Below are positions 9,389 through 17,924 of a stretch of 38,735 nucleotides of DNA, piece by piece. Source of the stretch: a virus (lineage: Duplodnaviria > Caudoviricetes); IMG/VR virus record IMGVR_UViG_3300049857_000025, positions 1 to 38,735 of that record; one strand, 5' to 3'. Within the stretch, counting starts at the first letter, position 1. Every line of letters starts with the position of its first letter. The notes under the pieces were generated by a model. That model was not told the origin of the DNA and ran no database searches. It saw only the letters and a list, made by a program, of their open reading frames with translations. The translations under genes and the position numbers were made by a program.

Positions 9389-11772
9389 TACATTATAACT
9401 CCTGTATTAAGTCTAATTTCTCTTGGTGAATGTTTAATTACTGATTTAGCGATTTCTCGCCCGTCTAAATGTATCATTATTATTTGTTCTTTTGAACCAA
9501 TAATAGAATCAAGTCTATCAAGTGGGATAACCGCTTCTTGTCCTGCTTCCCCAATCAGTGCATTTGTTGGACCTTGCGTGATACCACCTTCAGCAAGTGC
9601 AAGCATACCAAATGCTTCGGCCGCCATAAAAGATGAAGCCGATGAAGCAGCGCCAGGCGCCATTGCAGGGCCAATAATAGGAATTGCAGATATTGAGCTA
9701 AAAGTATTGGCATAAGTTGTAGCAATTGCAGTGCTGATTTCACCTACACCTTTTGCTTTAGATGCTCCGATTGCAACCAAACTATTTGCTACATACTGTA
9801 CTGCCATTTTTATTAATGCAGAAATAATGCTTTTGGCCATATCAATTGCCATTGCTTTCATGGCATCACCAAATTTAACACCATCAAAAATCATACCATT
9901 AATAGCATTACCAAAACCACTTGATATTGTATCATATAAACCAAACATTGTTTCTTTAACTGTTTCGGCAACGGTGCCAATATGGTCAGCCCATTCAGTC
10001 CAAATATTTTTTGTTTCTTCTATATCTGGAACAGGAGGAACTAATTGATCTGCATCAGTACCAATTTGATCTGCTCCAATATCCCTTAAAAATGTGCTTT
10101 GTGATTTATCAGGAATAACCGCACCACTTCCCTGTGCGTTTCCTGCTTGATCGCCTTTAGGAGTTAATAATAATTGTCCTAATTTATTTTTAATAGTATC
10201 AATTCCACGGTTCCAATTTTCAGAAAACTTGGCAACTGAATTTTTTGCAATATCAGCAACAAAATCAAAGGCTTTTTTTGATCCTGATTTAACGGCTTCC
10301 CAACTCATTGCAGAAATATCAACCATGTCATCAAATGTAATCTTGAAATCATCTTTTAACTTGTCAAATTTAATTGGTTCAAAATATAATCCTGTATAAT
10401 TTTCTAACATGTTTAATTTATCAAACATGAAATTTAAATATTCAACAACCTTACCAACAACATTATTATAAATCATTCTTGGAATATTTACCAATGCTGA
10501 CATTACATTGCTAACAAATGCCTTTGCCTGATTAACAACAAATGTAAAAGCACTACTAGCAGTCATTGTTATTTCACCAAATAATGACTCCCAAATACCA
10601 ATAATAAAATCCCAACCACTTTTTAAAATATTTCCAATTCCTTTAACCATTCCGAGCCATGCTTCAACTACATAATCTGTTCCTGCTTTAAATAAAGAAG
10701 AAATTCCTTCCCAAACAATTTGTGCAGCATAAACTAGATCATCCCAAGCACCAATTACAGATATGACTGCAACTACTATGGCACCGATTGCAAGGACAAC
10801 CATACCGATTGTAGCAAGCAAAGTGCCTCCCATATAAGAAGACAATGCCATAACAGCGCCTTTAACTGCGATAAAACCATTTATCATACTTCCAAGAGCA
10901 ACTAATAAAGGCGGTATAACGGCCGATACACCAACTGCAATAATCAAAAATTCTTTAAATTCAGGTTTCAATCTTGCAAAAGCATCAATTAAAGGCTCAA
11001 TAACTTTCATAAATTGAATAGCGTAAGGTATCATTTCCTTACCAAATTTTTCACCCATAGTTTTTATTTGTGAATTCATTTTTTTAAGACTGTTTTCATA
11101 GGTGTCTTGTGAACCTATTAAATCATTTGTATCTTTTTTAAATTCTTTACGATATATATTTAATGTGGCATAAAGTTTTTGTTGGTCTGTTAAATCGGAT
11201 TTACCATCAGATAAGCCCATATTGAAGGCTTCTAATTTTATTTTATTATCATCAATTTCAACACCAAAAGCTTTTAAAGCGCGTGTTTGACCCATCAATC
11301 CGCTTGCTAAAGCACTCATGGCAGTTTCATCAGAAACATTTCTAAAGCTTGCGACATCAAGACCAAGTTTAACAAGTGCCTCGGAAAGATTTGCGCTTTC
11401 CTTTTCAGTGAGTTTCATACCATTAAATATTTCACCAAAATGTGATGCGTAATTTTTTAATTCTGTGGCATTACGACCAACTGCATTACTAATATCTTTT
11501 AATGCTTTTTCAAGTGCGGGGGCAGATTCGCCATAAAATGCTTTTAATTTATCATCAGCTTCATTGGCATCAGATGCTAGTTTTAAAAATTGAAGCCCTG
11601 CAACAGTGGCAGGAAGTGTAATAGCAATGGATAATTTTTTACCAACATTAGTAAGAGAATCAGCCATTTTTTTGGCAGATTTTTCTAGTTCACCAGTAGC
11701 AATTTTTAGATTAGTCATAAAATTCTTTATGTCTAATCCAAGAGATACCTTTAAACTTTTAATTCCTGCCAT
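9388..11772 (-). CDS. Tail tape measure protein
   Basis: 794 aa and helical, with a central hydrophobic segment, W/F-periodic repeats and C-terminal LAEGGI..PTNALIGEAGQEAVIPL; follows the chaperone genes. Confidence 0.93.
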   Translation of the reverse strand: MAGIKSLKVSLGLDIKNFMTNLKIATGELEKSAKKMADSLTNVGKKLSIAITLPATVAGLQFLKLASDANEADDKLKAFYGESAPALEKALKDISNAVGRNATELKNYASHFGEIFNGMKLTEKESANLSEALVKLGLDVASFRNVSDETAMSALASGLMGQTRALKAFGVEIDDNKIKLEAFNMGLSDGKSDLTDQQKLYATLNIYRKEFKKDTNDLIGSQDTYENSLKKMNSQIKTMGEKFGKEMIPYAIQFMKVIEPLIDAFARLKPEFKEFLIIAVGVSAVIPPLLVALGSMINGFIAVKGAVMALSSYMGGTLLATIGMVVLAIGAIVVAVISVIGAWDDLVYAAQIVWEGISSLFKAGTDYVVEAWLGMVKGIGNILKSGWDFIIGIWESLFGEITMTASSAFTFVVNQAKAFVSNVMSALVNIPRMIYNNVVGKVVEYLNFMFDKLNMLENYTGLYFEPIKFDKLKDDFKITFDDMVDISAMSWEAVKSGSKKAFDFVADIAKNSVAKFSENWNRGIDTIKNKLGQLLLTPKGDQAGNAQGSGAVIPDKSQSTFLRDIGADQIGTDADQLVPPVPDIEETKNIWTEWADHIGTVAETVKETMFGLYDTISSGFGNAINGMIFDGVKFGDAMKAMAIDMAKSIISALIKMAVQYVANSLVAIGASKAKGVGEISTAIATTYANTFSSISAIPIIGPAMAPGAASSASSFMAAEAFGMLALAEGGITQGPTNALIGEAGQEAVIPLDRLDSIIGSKEQIIMIHLDGREIAKSVIKHSPREIRLNTGVIM

Positions 11773-12208
11773 TGTCTTTGGCTTCCTGCGCTTCTCGCGC
11801 TTTCTTAGCGTTAATCTCTTTTAACCTTGCAACAATTATTTCAGCCTGTTTTTTCTGAATTTCTTCACGGCTCATAAATTGTCGTTCAAACGCTTCTGCT
11901 TCGTCTATTTCTGGAACATTTATTGAGGCTTCGATTTTCTCTTTTATCTTTTCATAATCAAAAACCTTATTAGGTTCAATCACATTTTTACAATGCGGAG
12001 ATATTAACCAAGATATTTTCCATGCCTCAAACTCATGCTTTTCTTTCCATTCAACTTCACGCCTTTTAGAAATAAAATCAATTTCTTTAGGCGTGTATTC
12101 CCAAAACTTAATTGGGTCAATTCCTAGATTTAAAACAGAAATTTTTAAATAATGTTCTATTAAATCACTAATAGTAATTATTTTTATTTCTGTTTCGTCG
12201 ACTTTTTT
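11759..12208 (-). CDS. Tail assembly chaperone, -1 frameshift extension (gpT-like part of gpGT)
   Basis: The -1 frame stays open from the slippery site: KKVDETEIKIITISDLIEHYLKISVLNLGIDPIKFWEYTPKEIDF...VIEPNKVFDY. It is continuous with the 11759..11983 ORF, and LGxxPxxFWxxTPxE is typical of this domain. Confidence 0.85.
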   Translation of the reverse strand, partial: KKVDETEIKIITISDLIEHYLKISVLNLGIDPIKFWEYTPKEIDFISKRREVEWKEKHEFEAWKISWLISPHCKNVIEPNKVFDYEKIKEKIEASINVPEIDEAEAFERQFMSREEIQKKQAEIIVARLKEINAKKAREAQEAKDNGRN

Positions 12209-12516
12209 TTATTACCCTCTTTGAAGATTGCAGAATCTTCAACAGTTTCTTTGACAATCTTCATTAAAGAATCAAATCCATGATCTTGCATATAATCATC
12301 AAGCATGAAATTTAATTTTTTAGTATCAAGATTATCATTATCACCGACCAAACAAGCTTCAATTAAAACTGAAACCATTGTCAAATCACCGCTTTCAATC
12401 ATTGAAAACAAATCCTGTATTTTTTCAATTTTATGCGCTGACTTTAAATAAGCCATAGAGTTAAACCCAAACCGTAATTGTCTGGGTTTATCATTTTTGA
12501 ATGTAATAAAAGCCAT
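12184..12516 (-). CDS. Tail assembly chaperone (gpG-like)
   Basis: Contains LRFGFNSM and lies between the tail tube and tape measure genes; 3' end has A AAA AAG. Confidence 0.85.
   Translation of the reverse strand: MAFITFKNDKPRQLRFGFNSMAYLKSAHKIEKIQDLFSMIESGDLTMVSVLIEACLVGDNDNLDTKKLNFMLDDYMQDHGFDSLMKIVKETVEDSAIFKEGNKKKSTKQK
12202..12208 (-). other. -1 programmed ribosomal frameshift site (A AAA AAG)
   Basis: In-frame AAT AAA AAA AAG TCG near the chaperone 3' end; the -1 frame is open into the downstream ORF. Confidence 0.85.
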
Positions 12517-12543
12517 AATTATCCTTCTCCGTTTTAAAGATTA

Positions 12544-12975
12544 TTAAGTTAAAATTTTTCTTTCTGGTTTACCACATCCTTGGAAAGCACCTGAAACCAT
12601 CACGGCATCAGCAACAGTATTTTTCAAGTTCCATTCTGTTACCAAAACAGCACCTTCAAAATAATATGCGCCTGATTCGTCTCTTGGTCTGTATTGGAAA
12701 ATTATTTCATTTCCTTCTACAATCGTTCCAAGAACATCTTCTTGCCCTGCATCCGCTTCAATATAAATACTTTCGCATGATACAGACCATTCTTTCAAGC
12801 CTTCCAAATATTCTTTCCAACCATCAATTGTGTCAAAGCTTGTAACATCAATTGGAGACATGTTCTTCTTGATGCTCATATCTTTTGTTGATGATAAAAC
12901 TAAAAACACAACACCACCATCAACAGAAACATAGGGTTTACCCTTATATCCTGCTGTACCTTTTCCGCATGCCAT
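12544..12975 (-). CDS. Major tail tube protein (TP901-1 / Phage_tail_2-like)
   Basis: IDVTSFD..GWKEYLEGLKEWSVSCE...FEG..LVT...FQGCG pattern; strong AGGAGG RBS. Confidence 0.9.
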   Translation of the reverse strand: MACGKGTAGYKGKPYVSVDGGVVFLVLSSTKDMSIKKNMSPIDVTSFDTIDGWKEYLEGLKEWSVSCESIYIEADAGQEDVLGTIVEGNEIIFQYRPRDESGAYYFEGAVLVTEWNLKNTVADAVMVSGAFQGCGKPERKILT

Positions 12976-13007
12976 TTGTGAACCCTCCTAAAACTGTTTA
13001 ATTAAAA

Positions 13008-13346
13008 TTACACTTTTTGTCTGATAGCTGCAAACGATAAATCGGTTGCAGATGTCATATCAATTTCAACTGAACCGCCAGAATTGAAAAGCATACTTTC
13101 AAAGAAAGAAGATTCCCAAATTTCATTCGCTGCAACAGTAAAAACAATGTTACCTGTTCGTCTGTTTGAATCAGTTACAGATTTAATTGTGATTGTTGCG
13201 GCCGCTGTTGCCCCTGCCTTAACAATCAATTTCACAAATCCGTTGTTCTGAAAAGACATTCCATTTGTCGCATCACCTGCGGTAAATGAAGCTTTGGTAA
13301 TTGCATGGTTTAATTGGTCTTGTAATGGAATCACTACTCTTGCCAT
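13008..13346 (-). CDS. Small virion structural protein
   Basis: 112-aa beta-rich ORF (AGDATNGMSFQNNG) between the tail terminator and tail tube genes; good RBS. Confidence 0.6.
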   Translation of the reverse strand: MARVVIPLQDQLNHAITKASFTAGDATNGMSFQNNGFVKLIVKAGATAAATITIKSVTDSNRRTGNIVFTVAANEIWESSFFESMLFNSGGSVEIDMTSATDLSFAAIRQKV

Positions 13347-13368
13347 TGTACTACTCCCTAAAAACTAT

Positions 13369-13779
13369 TTATAAAATTTTACACAAAAACTCAACTGTAA
13401 TCAAACGCCCTTCGGTCTCCATATTGTGGTTGGGGTTCACAACCACACCGTCATACAAAAACATTAAAACACAACAAGCATTTGTATTAAGTAGTTCTTC
13501 TTGTCTGCTTAATAATTCCCTAACTCTTGCTGCAATCTCATTAATATTTATCTGTGAAGCAGATTTTCCATAAATATCTACATTGTAAATCATCGAATCA
13601 CCATCTTCATCAAAAGTATTGAATGGTGTTCCGTTAATTCTACCAAGCGCTATATACGGATAAGGTGCTTTCTGTGGTACATTATCGTAAATATTATTAA
13701 CTAAACCACTCAAAATAACATCCGCTTTTAAAATTGTGTAAATAGCGCATGTTAATTCTTTTAAAAAGCAGGCAGGCAT
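13369..13779 (-). CDS. Tail terminator / tail completion protein (DUF3168)
   Basis: AIYTILKAD..L..LV..IYDNVPQKAPYPYIALG motif. Confidence 0.88.
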   Translation of the reverse strand: MPACFLKELTCAIYTILKADVILSGLVNNIYDNVPQKAPYPYIALGRINGTPFNTFDEDGDSMIYNVDIYGKSASQININEIAARVRELLSRQEELLNTNACCVLMFLYDGVVVNPNHNMETEGRLITVEFLCKIL

Positions 13780-14246
13780 TATTTAATATCCGCTAAAATT
13801 TTATCAAGTTGTTTTTCTACTTTTGGTGCCACAACATTATAAGCAGGCACTAAAAACGGTTTAGCTTTGGTTCCCTCTCTAACTATTTTACGATAAACAG
13901 GATACCAAGGCATATTATGTAAATGCGCCCAACGCTTAATTGATTCTACAAATTCTTCATGGCCTTTTGATGTAACATGTGGAGTAGTCCCAAATTCCAT
14001 GTAAGCACCATACTCAAGAGTTGGGCCAATAGTTACATTTAATTCACCTTTTGCAAACTCATTAACTACAATAATACTTTCACGCAAATGACCAGTGTTT
14101 ACTGGTGCGCCTTGTCTAGCTTTCATTTGTATTGCGTTTCCGCCTGCAATAAGGCATCTTTTAAGTTTATCTATTGTTTCAGTTCCCATTTTCTGCAAAT
14201 CTGCGGATACCTCTTTAAATCCTTCGACTTTACTCATAGAAAACAA
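13779..14246 (-). CDS. HK97 gp10-family neck/tail component (probable start MSK at 14237)
   Basis: APVNTGHLRESI, YGAYMEFGT and GTKAKPFLVPA motifs. Confidence 0.9.
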   Translation of the reverse strand: MFSMSKVEGFKEVSADLQKMGTETIDKLKRCLIAGGNAIQMKARQGAPVNTGHLRESIIVVNEFAKGELNVTIGPTLEYGAYMEFGTTPHVTSKGHEEFVESIKRWAHLHNMPWYPVYRKIVREGTKAKPFLVPAYNVVAPKVEKQLDKILADIK

Positions 14247-14270
14247 ACCTTTTTTTATTAATTTTATCAG

Positions 14271-15551
14271 CTAGAAGCTAAACCGCAAACCTAAATTAAA
14301 TGTTCGATAATCAAGAAAAAAACCATAAACACCGTAAAAATTGTTACTTGCAATTAAATCGGGATTATTCCATGTTAAAATTGTACGCCAATAACGAGCG
14401 CCAAAAGGCACCACCCCATCCATGTCAGGGTCATACCATACTTGTGCATTATGCACTGCATAGTTATCCATATCGAATTCACCAACAACCGTAACACGAT
14501 CGGCACCGTAAAATTTAATTTTAAAATCTATTGAATAGCGTTTCCCAAGTGTAGGCGCCCCATGATCTGTAAATTCTGTAATCAACATCATCCAAGCATT
14601 ATATTCCCACTTAGCTAATCCTGAATCAATTAAGCAGTATTTGTTTTCGGGCAATGGAACCAAATAAGATCTTTGAATTGATTGCGGTTCAAATTTATTG
14701 CCATGTGAAGCAGCGTAAAAAGGACTTCCTGGCACAATGCAGGAAAGTGGAGCAGGGCCAGTAGGGAAAATAGGAGGATATTTATATCCTGCAAATGACC
14801 AAAGGGCGTCATTATATGTTTTATCCCAAAAGCAATAAGTAGATTGACCAGGGCCAACAGTTCCAAGATCTGTAATCGGACTCCATCCAACAGGACCGCC
14901 AACCGTGTATTGAGTACCAATATTAATAAACGAAGAAATAGGTAAATTTAAATTAGGCGCCTGAATAGGTGGCTGTATGATTGATGCAATATCCACATTA
15001 GCAATTGATGTACCTAATTGAGATAAATCGCACCCATTTGCTTCGGCGGTTTCAACACATCCTGTTTCAAAATCAATACGATTATCTTCATATTCTTTTA
15101 ATCTAAACAATGGCCCATTACCAAGTATTTGCAAACCGTTATTTAAAGCGGTAGAAAGTGGATTTTTTTTATCGTTAGAAACAATCAAGCCTTTTCCAAC
15201 GAAAACCCAACGATAAAGATTTCCTGCATTTCCAGTATATTTATATCTAGGAATTATTTTAATCCATGTTTTAACATTGTCGTCAATGGCATCTTCTAAT
15301 TTTTGTTCACCTTCATCTTTGTCAATGGAAATTTTTTTAAATTCTAAAGACCATGTTTTATAACTTGATTCAAAATTGCGGTAATTTTTATTTTTAATCA
15401 GAAAACCAATAGTGCTTATTTCTTTTATTTTTGCTGAAATTCTAAGAGAAAATTCTTGAACGGTGCCTATTTTAATAAATGCGGTATTAATAAATGAATC
15501 GTTATTTTGTAAATATAATTCTCCAAAATAACCTTGTGAAGCCTTAACCAT
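14271..15551 (-). CDS. Second tail-tube-like protein with a long C-terminal extension
   Basis: The N-terminal ~150 aa is colinear with the 12544..12975 tube protein (GYFGELY/GYKGKPY, KTWSL/KEWSV, DEGEQ/DAGQE, FVGKGLI/FEGAVLV, ILGNG/FQGCG), followed by ~270 extra residues. Confidence 0.68.
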   Translation of the reverse strand: MVKASQGYFGELYLQNNDSFINTAFIKIGTVQEFSLRISAKIKEISTIGFLIKNKNYRNFESSYKTWSLEFKKISIDKDEGEQKLEDAIDDNVKTWIKIIPRYKYTGNAGNLYRWVFVGKGLIVSNDKKNPLSTALNNGLQILGNGPLFRLKEYEDNRIDFETGCVETAEANGCDLSQLGTSIANVDIASIIQPPIQAPNLNLPISSFINIGTQYTVGGPVGWSPITDLGTVGPGQSTYCFWDKTYNDALWSFAGYKYPPIFPTGPAPLSCIVPGSPFYAASHGNKFEPQSIQRSYLVPLPENKYCLIDSGLAKWEYNAWMMLITEFTDHGAPTLGKRYSIDFKIKFYGADRVTVVGEFDMDNYAVHNAQVWYDPDMDGVVPFGARYWRTILTWNNPDLIASNNFYGVYGFFLDYRTFNLGLRFSF

Positions 15552-15631
15552 TTCATTTCTCTTTTCTCATGCTTAAATATATTATAAAGATAACAACAAC
15601 AAAATAAACACTGCAAGTATAATAATACACA

Positions 15632-16210
15632 TTAAGTTATTGCACCATCGTCTTTAGCTTTTTTCTCTGCCCTAGCTAGTTCTTCAAATATTTTAGGGTC
15701 AGCCCTTTTAATAACCTCCATGTGTCTTTTTAATCCTGCAACCTTTTCTTCATGTTTAGTTTTTATTTGTTCTGTTTTTTGTTCATGTTCTTGAACAACA
15801 GTTTTTACGGTTCGTCGGTGTTGTATATAAGCACCTAGTGCAGTCAGTGTAGCTGTAATTAATACACCGCCTGTTTCACCACCAATTAAGCTTCCTGCAA
15901 TTTTTAAAAATGGCTCTACCTTTGAAAGTAAACTTACAACTCCACCCATAAAACTATCAAAATTAAATATTCCTACATTAGCGTGAGTTTCTTGTTCGGT
16001 TACAATAACAATTTTATTTGCATTTCCTTTTAAAGAATCAGCAACATTTTTGGGCAAATCTAGTCCTGCCACTACAACATCAACTAAGTTTTCATGCTCT
16101 ATTGCTAAAGCGTGAACATTAGCATTAGTTCTTTGCAAGGCTACCTTTGAAGCAGGCATACAACTAGGAATCAATACAAGTAATATTATTATTAAATATT
16201 TATTTACCAC
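15632..16210 (-). CDS. Putative lipoprotein / membrane protein (probable start GTG at 16210)
   Basis: GGAGG lies upstream of GTG 16210. MVNKYLIIILLVLIPSC is a signal peptide with a lipobox-like Cys, followed later by a hydrophobic segment and a C-terminal coiled coil. Confidence 0.6.
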   Translation of the reverse strand: MVNKYLIIILLVLIPSCMPASKVALQRTNANVHALAIEHENLVDVVVAGLDLPKNVADSLKGNANKIVIVTEQETHANVGIFNFDSFMGGVVSLLSKVEPFLKIAGSLIGGETGGVLITATLTALGAYIQHRRTVKTVVQEHEQKTEQIKTKHEEKVAGLKRHMEVIKRADPKIFEELARAEKKAKDDGAIT

Positions 16211-16553
16211 GATATAAACCTCCAAATAAACGCACACCTAAATAATAAAATGCACTTGCATAAAAACCATCTTCTTTTAATAATTCATAAAAAACTTTGT
16301 CTTTTGTTTTTCTTTCAAGTGGAACATCTTTTGCACAATACAAAGCGTCATGCACACATGAATCCCTATCTGTATCTTTATTGTCTCTTGCAACAGAACA
16401 CCCATTCCAAACAAAACCATGCTTGATAATTATTCTGTTGTTATCAATAATTAAAAAATTTCCAACATAATAAATATGATTAAATTGTTTTGTTATTACT
16501 ACCAAATCATCTATTAAGGTTCTTATTTTTCCTTCTTTAGAATAACTTATCAT
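16200..16553 (-). CDS. DUF1353-family protein
   Basis: GFVWNGCS...SCVHDALY...RKTKDKVFYELL...YLGVRLFG matches the family pattern. Confidence 0.78.
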   Translation of the reverse strand: MISYSKEGKIRTLIDDLVVITKQFNHIYYVGNFLIIDNNRIIIKHGFVWNGCSVARDNKDTDRDSCVHDALYCAKDVPLERKTKDKVFYELLKEDGFYASAFYYLGVRLFGGLYRGK

Positions 16554-17132
16554 TTAAAGAATCTCCAAAACTTCAAAGGCAACCTTATACAAAAGAAAAT
16601 AGCGAGTTACTTTTACATGGTAATATTCTGTAATTTCTTCATCTTCGTTTTTGATAAAAACTTCTACAGGTTCAATTGTCGGATAAAGTTCTTCGATAAT
16701 ATTATTTTCTAAATCTAAAATCTGCCAACCATTAACGCCTGTAATAAATACATCATTATTAGGACTTACATTTAATAAAGATTCTTTTTCTTCATCAAAA
16801 TCAAGTGTTTCAGATTCTTCAAAAGAAGTGGTTTCCCCAAAAACTTTATTAAAATATTTATTATTTAAATGAACCAAAACTCCATTAGGTATTTCCATAT
16901 CATAGGTTAATCCAAGCTTATAAAAAATAATTGCAGGAATATAATCATCATCATTACCCCAAGCATAATATTCTTCATTAACAATATGAACAGTTCTTGT
17001 ATCAATTAAAATTTCTAAATCGTTGTAATAATTAATCGCAAAAGTAATGGATTCTTTTAGTTTTAAATCAGTTACTCTATAAGTAATCCAAGAAAGTGTT
17101 GGGTAAGTTACAGTTGGTTTAACTGGAATCAT
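16554..17132 (-). CDS. Hypothetical protein (acidic)
   Basis: 192-aa ORF abutting both neighbours; contains YYAWGNDDDYI. Confidence 0.7.
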   Translation of the reverse strand: MIPVKPTVTYPTLSWITYRVTDLKLKESITFAINYYNDLEILIDTRTVHIVNEEYYAWGNDDDYIPAIIFYKLGLTYDMEIPNGVLVHLNNKYFNKVFGETTSFEESETLDFDEEKESLLNVSPNNDVFITGVNGWQILDLENNIIEELYPTIEPVEVFIKNEDEEITEYYHVKVTRYFLLYKVAFEVLEIL

Positions 17133-17924
17133 TTAAAGTATTCCTAAAAATCCGCGACCTTCTAAAGCTTCCCAAGTAATAACAATTATTCCTTGTGCAC
17201 CGACTGCACCACCATTGTGTGTTGCTCCACCACCACCACCATATAAACCACCAGATCCACCTGGGAATGTATCGCTAGAAGAATAATCCCCACCACCACC
17301 CGAGCCACCAGTTCCAGCGCCATGTGTAGCATCCCATTCAGTTCCTGTATATCCAGCAGTACCAGAATCACCTGGATTTGCTCCAATAGGACCAGATATA
17401 GAAGCAGTTGTTCCACCATTACCACCAAAAGCAGAACCACCATTATTATTGCTATCGTTCACACCAGCACCAGCGGGTCCACCAGCACCACCACCGCCAC
17501 CTGGGCCTTGCTCGTTACCTGGACTTGATGTATTCTCGCCACCAATTCCACCATCATACCCTATATCGCCTGTTCCACCTGTTCCACCTGTTCCTGGCTG
17601 ATTGCTTTGACCACCTTGCCCACCTTTAGCAACAATTTGCCCTGAATTAAAATCAGTATCAGCACCATCACCTCCAATTGTGAAAGTAAGTCCTGAACCA
17701 CCTGCTCCAACTAAATAGGGGATTATCCCAGATAAATTTAGATTATTCGATCGGCGATATTCACCTCCGCCACCACCGTGTGCGTATTCACCACCTAGGT
17801 CTGATCCACCACCCTGACCACCACCACCAATACACTCCACTGAATTATTAGATGGATTCCAATCTTGAGGTACTTGCCAGTTACCGGCACCAACAGTTGT
17901 TAGAAAGACGCGTTTTTGTACCAT
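17133..17924 (-). CDS. Glycine-rich fibre/spike protein
   Basis: WQVP...VECIGGGGQGG...GGGGGEY...VGAGG...AKGGQGG...GAQGIIVITW, the typical phage glycine-rich domain. Confidence 0.82.
   Translation of the reverse strand: MVQKRVFLTTVGAGNWQVPQDWNPSNNSVECIGGGGQGGGSDLGGEYAHGGGGGEYRRSNNLNLSGIIPYLVGAGGSGLTFTIGGDGADTDFNSGQIVAKGGQGGQSNQPGTGGTGGTGDIGYDGGIGGENTSSPGNEQGPGGGGGAGGPAGAGVNDSNNNGGSAFGGNGGTTASISGPIGANPGDSGTAGYTGTEWDATHGAGTGGSGGGGDYSSSDTFPGGSGGLYGGGGGATHNGGAVGAQGIIVITWEALEGRGFLGIL

Noticed and set aside
15553-15632. Tiny hydrophobic ORFs (16 aa MCIIILAVFILLLLSL or 25 aa VYYYTCSVYFVVVIFIIYLSMRKEK) between the lipoprotein and tube-paralogue genes
   Set aside because: Two competing frames exist, and T-rich DNA yields hydrophobic peptides by chance, so I cannot support either.
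17133-17924. Collagen-like or repeat-expansion element in the GC-richer ccacca-rich stretch
   Set aside because: Gly codons of an ordinary phage glycine-rich domain explain it, and there is no sustained Gly-X-Y periodicity.
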